Positions 45,937-60,124 of a stretch of 64,000 bases of DNA are shown one piece after another. Source of the stretch: the human T2T-CHM13v2.0 reference genome, Homo sapiens; assembly GCF_009914755.1 (NCBI RefSeq), contig NC_060940.1, one strand, 5' to 3'. A program made the position numbers and the translations under genes. The notes beneath the pieces are model-generated. The model was not told where the DNA came from, made no database searches, and saw only the letters and a program-made list of their open reading frames with translations. Numbering within the stretch: position 1 is the first letter of the stretch; every line of letters starts with the position of its first letter.

Positions 45937-46119
45937 CGGGGCCGAGCGCAGCGCAGCTCTATGCTGGCTGCAGCTGCCCAGGAACAGAGCCTGGGGCGCG
46001 GGTGTCTAGGCAAGGAACCCCCGAACCGGGAGAGCTGGACCAGGAGTGACCCTCGGCGCTGCCTTAGCCAGGACGCAGGTAGATCTGGCAGCTGAGTCTG
46101 CTGATCCCGCCCTCAGACC

Positions 46120-47470
46120 CGCGGCGGTGGGGGTAAAAAGTCACGGCGGTGGGGGCAAAAACACGCGACGGCAGGGTGAAAAAGCCGCAGGGGTAAAAAC
46201 CTGTGGCGGCGGGAGTAAAAAGCCGCGTCGGCAAAAAGCCGCGGCGGCGGGGGCAAAAAGCCACAAAAAGCCGCGGCGGCGGGCGCAAAAAGCCACAACG
46301 GTGGGGTCCAAAAGCCGGGGCGGTGGGGGAAAAAGCCGGGGCGACGGGGGCAACAAGCCACAGCGGCGGGGGCAACAAGCCAGGGCGGCCGAGGCAAACA
46401 GCCGCGGCGACAAAAAGCTGTGGTGACGGGGGCAAAAAGCCGTAAAAAGCCACAGCATCGGGGTCAGAAAGCCGCGACGGCCGGGATAAAAACCGCGGTG
46501 GCGGGGTAAGAAGCCGCGGCGGCAAAAAGATGCGGCGGCGGTGGAAAAAGGCGCGGCGGGGGCAAAACGGTGCAGCGGCAGCAAAAAGCCGCGGCGTCGG
46601 GGGCAAAAAGCCTCAAAAAGCCACGGCGGAGGGGGTAAAAAGCCGCAAAAAGCCGCGACAGAGGGGGCAAAAAGCAGGGGCGGCAAAAAGCCACGACGGC
46701 GGGGACATGAAGGCGCAAAAACCCTCCGCGGCAGGAGCAAAAACCCTGGCGGCGGGGGCAAAAAGCGGCTGGGGTGATAAAAAGCCGCGGCGGTGGGGGC
46801 AGGAAGCCGCGTAGGGGGCAAGGAGCCGCGGCAGCGGAGGCAAAAAGCTGCGGTGGCAGGGGCAAATAGCAGCAAAAAGCCGCGGCGGCGGGGGGCAAAA
46901 CGACACAAAAAGCCCTGACAGTGGGGGCAAGAAGCCGCGGCTGGAAAAACCTGTGGCGGAGGGGGAAAAAAGCCGCGGCGGCGGGGGCGGAAAGGCGTAA
47001 AAAGCCGCGGTGGCCTCGGCCAAAAGCCATGACGGCAAAATGCCGGGGCGGCAGGGCAAGAAGCCACGGCGGGAAAAACCTGCGGCGGCGGGGGCGAAAA
47101 GCAGTAAAAAGCACCGGCGCCGGGGGCCAAAAGCCGTAAAAAGCCGCGGCGGCGGTGACAAAAAGCCGCGGCGGAAAAATTCACGGTGGCGGGGGCAAAA
47201 AGCTGCGGCAGCAGGGGGAAAAAGCCGCAAAAAGCCGCAAAGGCTAGGGCAAAAAGCCGCGGCGGTGGGGGGAGAAAGACCCAAAAAGCTGCGGCGGCAA
47301 AAAGCCACGGCGGCGAGGGCAAAGAGCCCCAAAAGCCGCGGCGGCAGGGGCTAAATTCCGCGAGGCCGGGGGCAGAAAGCAATGGCGGCGGGGGCAGAAA
47401 GCCGCAAAAACCCGCAGCGGCGGGGTCAAAAATCCACGATGGCAAAAAGCCGCGTCGGCGGGGGCAAAAT
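46120..47470 (+). repeat. GC-rich CAAAAAG pericentromeric tandem repeat (CAAAAAGCCGCGGCGGCGGGGG)n
   Basis: 22-bp units mixed with 10-bp CAAAAAGCCG subunits over ~1.35 kb; a repeat class known at pericentromeric duplication boundaries. Confidence 0.92.
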
Positions 47471-47616
47471 AGTGGAAATGGGGTAGACAGCCAGCACAGC
47501 TTGGCATTCCTGGAGTGTGATGTGGAAGGAAAAGTGCAGAGGAAGACAAACAAAGATGTAAGTAGGCTTGACTCAGTGCAGCTAAGAACCCACATGTTAT
47601 CTTGATGTTATGTAGC

Positions 47617-47740
47617 AGCTAATTTTTTGTATTTTAGTAAAGGGGTTTTACCACGTTGGCCAGGATGGTCTCGATCTCCTGACCTCATGATCCCCGCACC
47701 TCAGCCTCCCAAAGTGGTGGGATTAGAGGCATGAGCCACA
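47617..47740 (-). mobile_element. Alu left-arm fragment
   Basis: GCTAATTTTTTGTATTTTAGTA...CCTCCCAAAGTGGTGGGATTAGAGGCATGAGCCAC. Confidence 0.85.
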
Positions 47741-48761
47741 AAGTGCTCAAAAAATCTATTAATTAAAAAATGTGTATGTAGCCGTCTTTAATCTACCATG
47801 TCCATTAGCAGATAAATACTATAAGCAAAATAACAACAATGAAAGAAACATAGACTTAGAGTAGATACTCTGATTTATTTAATAAAAATTTGAAAATAGA
47901 CCAAATTATGATAAAAAAAAATCTGTTACTATTGAGGATGAGGGTTAGTGTTTGGAAAGGGGCAGGAGAAGTATCTCTATTTTTAGTAATGTTCTATTTT
48001 CATACATGGTTATAAGCAAATACATGTGTTTCATTAATGAAGCTATCCATATTTAATCATTGTACTTTTCTGCATGTATATGTCAATAAATAAATTATAT
48101 ACAGCAAAAATAGACAAAAACACAAGAAGACATACACAAATGTTAAACCTAGAGAGAAATTTGCATATAAGTAAGTCTCTGAATGACTGGTAGAACAAAC
48201 CGAAAAATAGGATGGAGAGGTTTGGAACAGCATGATTAGCAAAATTGACATATCTGTCTTTTAATATAGGTAGAAACAGAGTTAGATAAAAAAAGGACTT
48301 GTCTCGGAGCATGATTTCTGAAAATAGTGGAATCGAGTTTGAATCTAGTAAGTACATATAAATAAATGTCTTAAAACTCCTCTTATGTTAGCTAATTAAG
48401 AAATATTATTGTAATAGACATTAGAAAATATTTTAATAAATTGAGTGCATTTCACACGCTAAGGAAATGATCTTACTTGATAGTTGAATTAGATACATAT
48501 ATACCTATAGGTAGTTTAAAATATTTCTAATAACCTTATATACTTTTAAAAAGCATTGATATATGTTTGCACTATCTGGTCTATAGAGTACACATACCAA
48601 ACATGATTATAGCTCTTCTGCTATAAACTTCAAATGTCTAATTAATACAAAAATCTAGAATGAGAAGAGTTCTTTGCAATTTTTTTTTTTTACCAAATAG
48701 AATATAGGAAAGATAGCTGCAAATATACCTGACACACTTATCTGTGAGTATGGTGGTAGCC

Positions 48762-49057
48762 TTTTTATTTTATTTTATTTTGAGAGTGGGTCTCACTTTG
48801 TCACCCAAGATGGAGTGCAGTCATGTGATCAGAGCTCACTGAAGCCTTCACATACTGTGCTCAAGCGATTCTCCCACCTCAGTCTCCTGAGTAGCAGGGA
48901 CTGCAAGTGCATGACACCATACTAGCTAATTTTGTAAAGATGGGGTTTCACCATCTTGCCCTGGCTGATCTCCATCTCCTGGACTCAAGAGATCTGGCCA
49001 CCTTGGCCTCCCAAAGTGCTGGGATTATAGTTTTGGGGCACCGCGATCAGCTCAGCC
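48762..49057 (-). mobile_element. AluJ
   Basis: TTTTGAGAGTGGGTCTCACTTTGTCACCC...CCTTGGCCTCCCAAAGTGCTGGGATTATAG. Confidence 0.85.
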
Positions 49058-52000
49058 TTAAAAAAGGCAGACTAGAGATCTTTATCTATGTATATCTATC
49101 TATAAAATAAACATGTGTTCCTTATATAAAAATATGTTATTATATAAAATTTTTTTTCAAGGTAGAAATATATAAAGAGGGTGCATGTAGAGCCTGGGGC
49201 ATTGTGTAGTGAAGCTCAAGGCCTCTGAAGAAATGCCCCTTGCCTCTTTTGTCTGGGCTAGAATCCGAGAAGGGAAAGCAGCAGATGCACTGGTTCCCAG
49301 GTTCTTCGCATCCTACAGAGAGAAACTTGTTTGAGCTAGGGTAGTGTTTAACACCCTTGTTCTTACTCTTCTGTTTTATGTAGTAAGCAGAGACTAGCTT
49401 CATGAGAACAGACAGTGACAGTCAAGGCTGTCTGTTATTTTGTGCAGCATTCATTGAGAAATTCTAGCACCTGAAGACCTCTGGGCCATTTGAGGGTAGG
49501 TGCAGGGGAGGAAAGGGAAGTTTGCATCCCTCCTGATGTGGAGAGAACCCGTGGGAAGCACAGACCTTGTCCTAACTGAAGGCAGACCCCCTTGCTAACC
49601 AGCTTCTCATCAACCAACCCTGGATGAGTTTCCATGTCTATTTACTAAATAATCCTTATTGCTCTTCTTCATATGGGCAAAGTATGGTTTACAGGGAATA
49701 TTGTTCCTTTGAGCACCCATCGTGGAAACCCCTTCCTGTTGTGGGAAAACAGGCTTCCATATGTGTCTTATTGGGAAACACATAGGCAATTTCTGTGTTT
49801 TTACTGCATCTATTTCAGGGATTTGGGAACTGAATAGTGCCCATCAAAGTCTCACCTGATGTTGGAAATTGATCTGAGAGCGCGGAAGGACAGAATTCTT
49901 TCTTTGTTCCTGGGCAGCGGTGGTTGAGGGATCATTTTGTGGCAGCTACAGTGGGATCATTTGTGGCAATGATGGAGGCAGAATGGAGGGCTCAGTACCA
50001 AGACAAGGAGAGACTTGGCCTCACAATGGCAGCATTGCAGGGGTGCGCTCCACAGAGCATTTGCTCACATGGTTTTGGGCATTGTCTCTAACTACATTGC
50101 TTCCCCGATAGTTTGACCCATTCTAACTAATTCCTTTTCTCTTTAAAAAAGCAAACTTCATTTGTATGACTTGCAATTGTAAACGACACCAATTGGCCAG
50201 TTATCATTCAAATTCTCTGTTACTTAATCCTGCCTTTTCCTGACATATGCAACTTTCGCCTAAAAAATTGGACACTTTGTTGCTTACTCATTGTCTTTAC
50301 ACATTTTAAAATGTTGCTTTTTGCCCCCAATCCCTAACTACATTTTCAATGTTTTGCAAGTGGAGTCCATGTGTTCTTGATTTACATGAAGCTCAAAATA
50401 ATGGTTATAGTAACTAGTACTTCATAATTAAGCAAAAAGCTCTTATTGAAAAATGACAGAACTATACATAGGGATGAGAACATGGAGAGATATTTCGTGA
50501 GATCACAAAGTTATGGTATGGCAGAAGTAGAACGCTGAGTAGAGACTCTGTGTTCCCAATCATTATTTCTACCACCAGCTTTCTATTTTGATGTTAATAA
50601 TGTTCTTATGTGGGAAACCCTACATATTTGCCAATGTTTAGTTCATTGACAAAGAAATAGAAAGAGCTTCAAGAACACTCTAATCTTTAAAAAATAAAAT
50701 ACCTATAATTGGCCATACGAAACAATTGGTACTTGACATATACTGAGATCGTTTTATTTTGTGCTAGACAAATGAAGTCATAGAACAGAATGTGCTTTAA
50801 ATATTATGAATAGTGCTTGCATGTGTGTGTGTCTATAGATGCATATTAGGCCGCTGAAAAGTTTTATTATTCTTTCCAGGAGAGAGACTGCCAACTTTTG
50901 AACCTAACTAGAACAAGTATATTGCTTCTTCATATTTTTATTAAGGCAAAGAGAGTCTAGTTAAAAATAATTCAAATTGTGTTGGAAATGCTATAAATTG
51001 CTGTGAAGAGAGTTGCTGGCTGTGGCTTGTCAGAGCAAACATATTGTACAAATCTTAGGGGAGAATTAGTGCTTGTGCATTAAAATCAAATCATCTTGCA
51101 GTACACCGAGAAAAAGGTTAGATTTTTAAAATAATTTCAAAGTCATGAAAAGAGCAAATATGCTCCACAAAGAGCCTAGCAACCCTCAATGACCAATGCC
51201 CCTTTTATGTAGTTTGGTATCTGAATTAGAATCCTAGAATCTACAAATTCCTCTGGGTGTGGGTGCTGCATCTTGAGGATTTTATAACACTGCCATCACC
51301 AAGCTCTCTTTTGATATTCACTTTAAGGAGATAATTTATGGGCAACCAGAGAGCATAAACCAAAGTAGATATCTATCTGGATAGCTAGATACATCTCCAT
51401 ATCATTGACAGGATACATTCTGGCTGAGTGTGAGTACAACCTATGGATGTGGTTGGAGAGAACAAGTGTTCCACCTGAATAGCAGATCAGGATTATTCCT
51501 TCTCATCTGCTGCAATGGCTCAATGTGTTAAGGAGAGGAGCGAGACAGCAAGAACCGCATTCATTCAGTCATACAGACCAAAAGGAGGAATGTCGCCCAG
51601 CCCTCTAAACTGACCCAGAACCCAGCTCATGTCTCAACTGCTACCTCTCCTACTTAGAAAGAAGTAACTCAACCAAAGCAGGGCTCTGGACAAATATATT
51701 TTTATTGATCATATACAAATAGATGAAGATGGACTTGGATGTTAAGAAAAATAATACTATACAAAATCGAGAGTAGACAGTCGCCCCTAGACTTAAATTA
51801 AGGGTGTGTACATTAGATAGTTTAATCCAATATATCAGGTAAAAACTTGAACAAAACTTTTGGCCTCTTCCTTAAAATTCCAGGATGCATGTCCTCCAAG
51901 AAGCAGAATCAAAATATAAATAAAAGACTGGCTTAAGATGAAAGGAAACCTTACAAACGAAAAGAAGCCAGATGAGAGGCACTTAACTGAGAATGAAAAG

Positions 52001-53029
52001 AAACTGAGTGGACAAAATAATTATGAGAAGATGAACCTTCAAATCGGAAAGAGGGCAAAAAGCTTATTTGATACTATGGGAACTCAAAAGAGAGTGAACA
52101 CAAATGTGAAAATTCCAGGAGTAAAGAAAAGTAGCATAGCTAAATTAAGAGCATGAGAAAATGTATACAATTTTGAGTAATAACAGAAATCAAAAGTAAC
52201 TGTTGTATGTTATATTTTAGTAGAGCAACACTGAAGAAGAATGAAAACAAGAAATAATATTAAATATGAACATATGGAGAACAGAATAATATTTTTAAAA
52301 TTTTTAGTTTCTAAGCTAATCTGAAATTTTAATTTTGTTTTCTTATGTAATACCAGAGTTATTAGGAAGGTATTATCTAATAACACTATTTTCAGTGATA
52401 TTTTAAGGAGTTGTCCTAGAAAAATTTTATTTTTTAAAAATGTACATTTAAAAATACATTAAATGTGTATATACATCAATCATATGTATCGATTTCTGTT
52501 TTTCTTGAATTGCAAATGAAATTTGTATTTTTGTGTTCCTGGAATAAAATAAACTTGAATGGATTGTAATATGTTATTCATGCTGCAATTCAATGTATTT
52601 GAATACTTTAAAAATGTTACATTTATAGTTAACAGATACTGACCTATAAATTTTCTGTCATGTAATGATGCTGTGAGACAATCTAAGAAGAATTAAAATT
52701 TAAATTCATATATTCCTACTTTTTTCTCTGTTCTCTAACTGTAATATATTTTAATTACAGATGGAGGAACAGATAGATGTTAGATAGATACATAAATAAT
52801 AGATAGATCATCCAAAATTCTTATTCTGATGGTTTTATGTAGTCAGTATTTACCTCTATTTTTCTACATGTTTATCCTTCCAATTTAGTTCATTACTTTC
52901 TGCACCTTTGATGTCATATATATAAACAGGAAATAACACATGGTGGCTGGGATGTAGAGAGAGCCACAGGACTTGTGAATAAAATCCACAGGCAAGGATG
53001 TGGAGATTCCTTTTGCAATATTGGAGGGA

Positions 53030-53663
53030 ATGCCAAACCCTATGTTTGCTGTGGAAAAGAGTAGGTATTTCCTCAAAACATCAAAATGGTATTGCCTTAT
53101 GATTCGGCAGCCCCACATCTCAAGATAGCAAAAGAATTGAAAGCAGAGTCTTGAAAAAATATTTGCACATCCATGTTTGCAGCAGCATTATTGGCAATAG
53201 CTAAAACGTAGAAGCAATTGAAGTGTTCAACCACAGATGAATGGATAAGCAAAACATGATATATACATACAATGGAAAATTATTCAGCCTTAAACATGAG
53301 GGAAATATTCTGACATATGTTGCAACTTGGATGAAACTTGAGGATATTATGCCAAGTGAAATAAGCTAGTCAGTGAGGGACAAATACAGTATAATTCCAT
53401 TTGTATAAGAGACTTAAAGTGGACAGAATCATAGAGATAGTACAATGATGATTGCCAGAAGCTGGGGGGAGGAAGACATGGGGAAGTACTGTTTAACGGG
53501 TACAGAGTTTCAGTTTCACAAGATGAAACGAGTTATGGAGATGGATGGTAGGGATGACTGCACAATGTTATGACTCTATTTAGTACCACTGAACTGTACA
53601 CTTAAAATGGTTAACAGAGTACATTTTATGTTATGTGTATTTTACCACAATAAAAAAATAAAA
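53030..53663 (+). mobile_element. Old L1M 3' end
   Basis: ACAGATGAATGGATAAGC...GGATGAAACTTGAGGATATTATGCCAAGTGAAATAAG...TTTACCACAATAAAAAAA. Confidence 0.8.
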
Positions 53664-55719
53664 TACCTTAGGAACATTTTCCTGAAAGAGTCCACATAAA
53701 ATTCATTTTAATGCATGTGTTTATGCATAGCTTTTTATTTTTCTCTTTTCTATTTATATTCCAAATTAGAATATAATGCTAATCAAGCATAGTGGCTGTG
53801 TTTCTTGCTTCCTCTAGTCTGCAGGTAGCATACAAATGTAATAAACTACTCATTAATGTCACATCTATTTATTTTCTGCCTTATACCAAGCTTGTGGGAT
53901 TCTCTTAAATACAACATTTTAATACTTACACCTATGCAATACCCATTAGCATCGCCTTCCTAAATCAGGGGAAATTGAGTCTCTGTAAGCTGCAGTAACT
54001 TACTAAGATACAAAACTCAGCATTAAAGTCTGTATACTTCAATATCCTGCCCTCTTCTCATGTGTCTTTACTGCCTTTTATGTATGTGTTAGATGTTCAA
54101 TAAATTCTCTTTTTTAAACTGAATTTAAGCAGTGGAGCAGTGTTTTGTTGAACAATAAATATGATATTGGACACTCTTCCTCCCTTTCATTTATGATGCA
54201 GTTCATGAAAAAGAGAAATTCTTTCATTGTGCTAGAAGCTTAAAATAATGAAAATGCCACTTTCTACATTAAACAGAAGCTGAAGGGAATCAAGGTGAAT
54301 TGCATGAGACATAGAAAACAAGTGGGAAATAAATCTAGTATAATTTCCCCTTTGTGTACCTTTGTTATTTTGCATTTGAGAAAATGTTTCCCCCAAATAT
54401 CTTCCCATCTTAATTCATGTCTATAACGTAGACATTTATGTCTCACCTTGTCAAGAAGGGCAAACTCTAACATAAACATTTCCCAAAAATGCTTCCTGCT
54501 AAAACGTAAGCTCAGTCTGGCTAGAAATTAAGCTCACTTCATAAAAATTACTTGGTAGCTAATCTTTGCATGCTGCTCTCTGAACTTCAGTGAAAGCTGT
54601 CCATCAGGCATACAGGGAATGACGGAAAAGGTGACAACAGAAGATGAATGCTATGTCACTAACATTCAAAATGACCTGCCTTTTCTTTCAAATTCTTGAT
54701 ATCTTAAGACTTCATTAATTCATCTCTCTTTGCCCTTGGTTCAACATTGTGCTATACCAAAACTCATGTAAAACAATGATCTATTGTAATAAAAATGGCA
54801 TTTTTCTTTCATGTAGATGCAAGCTATCTGGCATTTTTACAATCAACATACTTCCGTTGTCAATTTTTCATTCTGTATTGGAAGTAATTGATAGGTATTT
54901 CTGAAGGGATGAAGGTGATTCTGTGTTCATTGTGATCCAAACTGTTTTTAGACCTAGTGGTGTTGTAAAACAATTTGTGCCAGCTGACCAAGAACCACTG
55001 TGGCAGAAAGCAGCAAACTTGCATAAGATGTCGCTGCCTCATCAGTTGGCTTTGAAAACTAGGGGCTTAGTCTATAGTCCTATGAATCAAAGACATTGAT
55101 AGATGTAGTATAAGATTACAATCATATTTTCCTTTTGACAGTCACATTATAAAGCATGATGTATTGCAATTAATCTCAATTAGCTGATGACAATTAAAAT
55201 TAATAGTTTATTATTGCTGATAAAGAATCATGACTCTCCTGTTCTCAAACGTGAAAGGAATTCTGGTAATTTTAATACAAATTTGCATATTATTACTAAT
55301 TGATTTAATCTCATTGGATTTGGTTCATGGATCCAATTTATTAAAATATTGATAATGGGATAATGATTTGTCTCCCCATTTCATTTACACTAAAAGACAC
55401 AATTCTTACAATGGTCTGCAAGCCCATCATGATCTGCCGCATGTTAACCGCCAAAATTCTTTTATGTCTTCAACCTTGAACTTACCAGTGGTCCTGGCCA
55501 CCTCACTGTCCTCTGGACATGCCAACATGCTACTGCCTTATGACCAAGACTCTAGTTAATTTCTTAGCTTGGAAAGATAGCCCTCCATATATCCATTGAT
55601 GAGCTCATTCAACTTCCTCAGGTCTTTACTGAAACCTCACATTCTCGATGAGACCTATTCAGTATTTCAAACTGCCTCCCAGCTGCAACAGTCCAAAACC
55701 CCTTAGTCTTCTGTGTATT

Positions 55720-58080
55720 TTTGACAGGATTTATTGAGATATAATTTACATACTGTAGAGTGCACATAGTAATGTCTACAAGTCAATGGCTTTTAGTATA
55801 TACACAGATAAGTGGAGCCATCATCACAATGAATTTTAGAGCATTTTCATCACTTCAAAAAGAAACCCCACCTTCTCTAGCTGTTAACCTCCTATGCACT
55901 CATCCCCTACTCAATCCTAAGCAACAACAAATCTGTTTTTTGTCTCTGTAGATCTTCCTATTCTATTTTCATCTAAATAGAATCATACAATAGGTGGCCT
56001 TTTGTGCCTGGCTTCTTTCAGTTGGCATAATGCTATCAAGGTTCATATGCGTATTGGTACGTTATTTCTTTTTATAACTGTATAAGATTCAATTTCATGG
56101 ATATAACATTTTGTTTATCCAATAATATTTTGTTGACATTTGATTTGTGTTCAGCCTTTGGCTATTTTAAATACTGCTGTTAAAATACTTGTGTATAATT
56201 TGTGTTTGAACACCTCTTTCCAATACTCTGGGGGTATACCTGGGAATAAATTTCTGGGTCATATGACAATTCTATGTTTCATATATTTAGAAGCCATCAA
56301 CCTATTTTCCAAAGTGGCCAGTTCTAGCCATAGAGTATCTAACTGTCGTTTTGATTTGTAGTTGCCTGATGAGTGATGCTGTTGAGTATCTTTTTATGGG
56401 ATTATTGACCATTCGTGTATCTTCTTGGGATACACAACTATTTCTATCGTTTATCAGTTTTGAGTTGGGATTTTTGTTACTGAGTTAAAACAATTTTTCT
56501 ATATTCAAGATACATATATAAGCAGACATATAGATATGTGTTTCTCAAATATCTTCTCACAATTTTTGAGCTGCCTTTTGACTTGCTTGGTTGTCCTTTG
56601 AAACACCAATGTCTTTAATTTTTAAGAAATTTTAAATATCTAATTTTTATTTTGTTGCTCATGTTTTTGGTGTTACAGCTATTTCTTTGCTAGATCCAAA
56701 ATCCTGAAGATTTTCGCATATGCTTTATTCTAGCTCTTGCATGTATGTCTTTAATTCATTTGAGTTAATATTTTTGTATGCTTTGGGGTAAGAGTTCCAA
56801 TTTACTATTTTGCAAGTGGCGATCCACGTGTACGTTGTTGACCCGGTGTGTTCAAAGACTGTCTCTTCCTCATTGAATTGCACATGGCACCAGTTTAAGA
56901 ATCCATTGACTATAGATACATAGTTTTATATATGGACTCTCAATTCTCTTCCATCAATCTATATAATTTTCCTTCATCAGTATTGTGTTGTCTTGATTAC
57001 TGATGCTTTGCCGTAAGGTTTGGAGCACGGGGGTGTGAATTATCCTAATATGTTTTCTTTTATCAAGACTATTTTGGCTATTTTGAGTCCCTTACCATCC
57101 CATGTGTATTTTAGAATCAGCTTGTCAGTTTCTAGACAGAAGTCTGTTGGGATACTTGCAGGGATTACGTCAAATCTGTAGTTCACCTTGTAAAGTACTA
57201 CAATATTAAATCTTCCAATTCATGGGTGGAAGATGTTTGCTAATTATTTAGACATTCTTTAAACAATAATTTTTAATTTTCAGAGTAAAATCTTGTATCA
57301 CATTTTCCAAATTAATTATTATTTCTTTTTTTGATGCTATTTTAAATTGAAGTGTTTTCTTAATTTCATTTTTGGGTTTTCATTGTAGATATGTGTAATT
57401 GATTTTTGTACATTTATCTTGTATGCTGTAATATTGCTGAAATAATTTACGAGTTCTATCGTTCAATGGATTCCTTAAAATTTTCTATATACAAGAATGT
57501 TATTTTCAAATAAAGTTTTATTTCTTCCTGTTCAATATGGGTGACTCTTTTTTTTTGTTGCCGATTTGCCCTGCATAAAATCTTTAGTACAGTGTTGACT
57601 AGAAGAGGTCAAACTATATATCCTATTCTTATCTCTGACCATAGCGGGAAAGCATCCTTTACCATTAAGTTGCATGCTCGCTGTTGGCTTTTCACAGGTG
57701 CCATGTATCTGGTGTAGAAAGTTCTCTATTCCTAGTTCATTGAGTTTTTATTTTTAATCATTAAAGCATTTGGATTTTGTTAAATGTCTTTTCCGAATCT
57801 ATCGACATGATCATGCAATTCTTGTTTCTTATTCTATGGATAAGATGTATTACCGTAATGGATTTTGGGCTGTTAAACCAACCTGACATTACTAGTATAA
57901 ATTTCACTTTGTCATAGTGTGTAATTCTTTTATATGTTGCTAGATCTGATTTGTTACTATTTTTTAAGGAATTTTGCATTTATACTTATAGTAGTTTTAT
58001 TTTTCTACGCTATTTGGACTAATTTTTGTATCAAGGTAATACTGGCCCCACAGAATAAATTGGGAAGTGAATATTTCTCT
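55720..58080 (-). mobile_element. Old L1M (3' end plus ORF2 remnants)
   Basis: TTTATTGAGATATAATTTACATAC start; remnant peptide ITHYDKVKFI...GWFN...MSIDSEKTFNKIQ. Confidence 0.75.
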
Positions 58081-59196
58081 TTTTAAAAAAAGTCAGTCAA
58101 GAATTAATATCAACTAGTAAACACTAACAAATATGATTAATATTATAAATTATTAATTTCTCTAATTTTTATTTTCTTCCTTCTGCTTGCTTTAGGTTTA
58201 GTTTGCTATTCTTTCCAGTGCCTTAATGTGGAAGGTCATCTTATCTCCTCCTTTCCTTTGTCTTTTCCTTTTCTAAATAGTGTCTTTTTAGCATCAGGTG
58301 AGCTCCCCAGGTTGGTAGTACTCCATGTTTATTGCTGTACAACAATGACAGGTAATATGTCCTGAAGACAATGGAAACTTAACATTCAAATTCCTCCTTG
58401 ATTCCACCTTATGTGATATGTCTCTTCCTTGGATTGGTCCTAATTTCTACCCTTTCTCTATTATAAACCATGAGTACGATGGCATTCAATGAGTTCTGTG
58501 AGTCTTTTTAGTAAATTCTTGAAACTGAGGGTGTTCTGGGGAAACCCCAGAACTGGCAGTTGGTGACAAAAGTGCGAATCATCTTATATGGCCTCTTCCT
58601 TTGAACTTTGCAGCTGGACCCAAACTCTGCACAATTTGGGCCAGAAGTATCGTGTTGACTTTGCAGCCTAAATTATCTTGTAGTTTGTCTAACCCTCAAT
58701 AAATTTGCTTTCATCAAATATTGTATTTGTTACCCCAAAATTACTATCATGTTTCTTTCTCCAAATAACTAACGTTCGGAGAAATAGCCAGCTGAATCTG
58801 TAACTCAACAGAAACAAGTGATCCATATACCATCTAAGTGGCCATTTCATTTTGCCTTCTTCCACCAAATCTTAGCAACCTCAACCACTGCCATGAGCCA
58901 CTGTAGGCCTACCGTCTACAAACAAACAAGTATCTTTTAAAAACACTTCATACTCCCGTTTGATAAAATTCCCAGCAAAGAGATGCTTACTTTAACTCTA
59001 TGCAAGTGGCTCATATTCGCAAAGTCTGGAGATATTATTCATGTAGTGTGAGAAAATCATCCCAGCGATGCCAGCACATTCTCCTTCCCATGATCTGCTT
59101 AGTTGGCAAACACATTCAGACCATAGGTGAGAGATTTTTATTTCACAGTACAACAATTTTATGGAGGTCATTGAAACTTAGATTTAGCATTTTAGC

Positions 59197-59533
59197 CAGT
59201 CACGCATCACTGAATGACAGCGATACGTTCTAACAGATGCATCCATAGGCAATTTCATCATTTTGCAAACGTCAGAGAGAATATTACAAACACCTAGATT
59301 GTACAGCCTACCACGTTTAGGTTATATGGTATAACCTCTCTCTCCTAGGCTACAAACCTGTGTACTACATTACTATACTGAATACTGCAGGCAATAAGAA
59401 CACAGTGATAAGAGTTTATGTATGTAAACATACTTAAACATAGAAAAGTATGTAAAAATATGTATTCTCATGGGACCAATTTTGTATATGTAATCCATCT
59501 CTGACAGAAATATTATTATGCATGACATGACTC
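59197..59533 (+). mobile_element. Tigger3a (MER7A/Golem) MITE
   Basis: CAGTCACGCATCACTGAATGAC...CCTAGGCTACAAACCTG...TATGCATGACATGACTC with degenerate terminal inverted repeats. Confidence 0.8.
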
Positions 59534-59785
59534 TATGACAAAAATAATACATTTTTAAAAATGGACACATGTATCAAACATATTATTATAAAAATAAAAA
59601 TATTTATTCAGTGTAAGAATTTGTAATGATCACAGCTTATATTTAAGTACAGTTTCAAATGCCTAGTGCAATTACTATTTATTTCTTTGTGTATTTTAAA
59701 CATGTATATAATAAATATTTTTCAGGTTCAACAATATATATCAATCCTACAGGCTCTTATAAATATTAGTTAAAATCAATTGGTA

Positions 59786-60124
<339 letters not shown>

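Larger units (their letters stand above)
45460..47470. promoter_or_regulatory. CpG-island-like region
   Basis: High GC and abundant CpG across the KSR1 exon and the adjacent repeat. Confidence 0.7.

Noticed and set aside
46046-47605. 484-aa and other overlapping Pro/Arg/Ala-rich ORFs
   Set aside because: The repeat composition excludes stop codons in many frames on both strands; an artefact.
51938-52156. 72-aa Lys-rich ORF
   Set aside because: A-rich compositional ORF with no recognisable homology or splice context.
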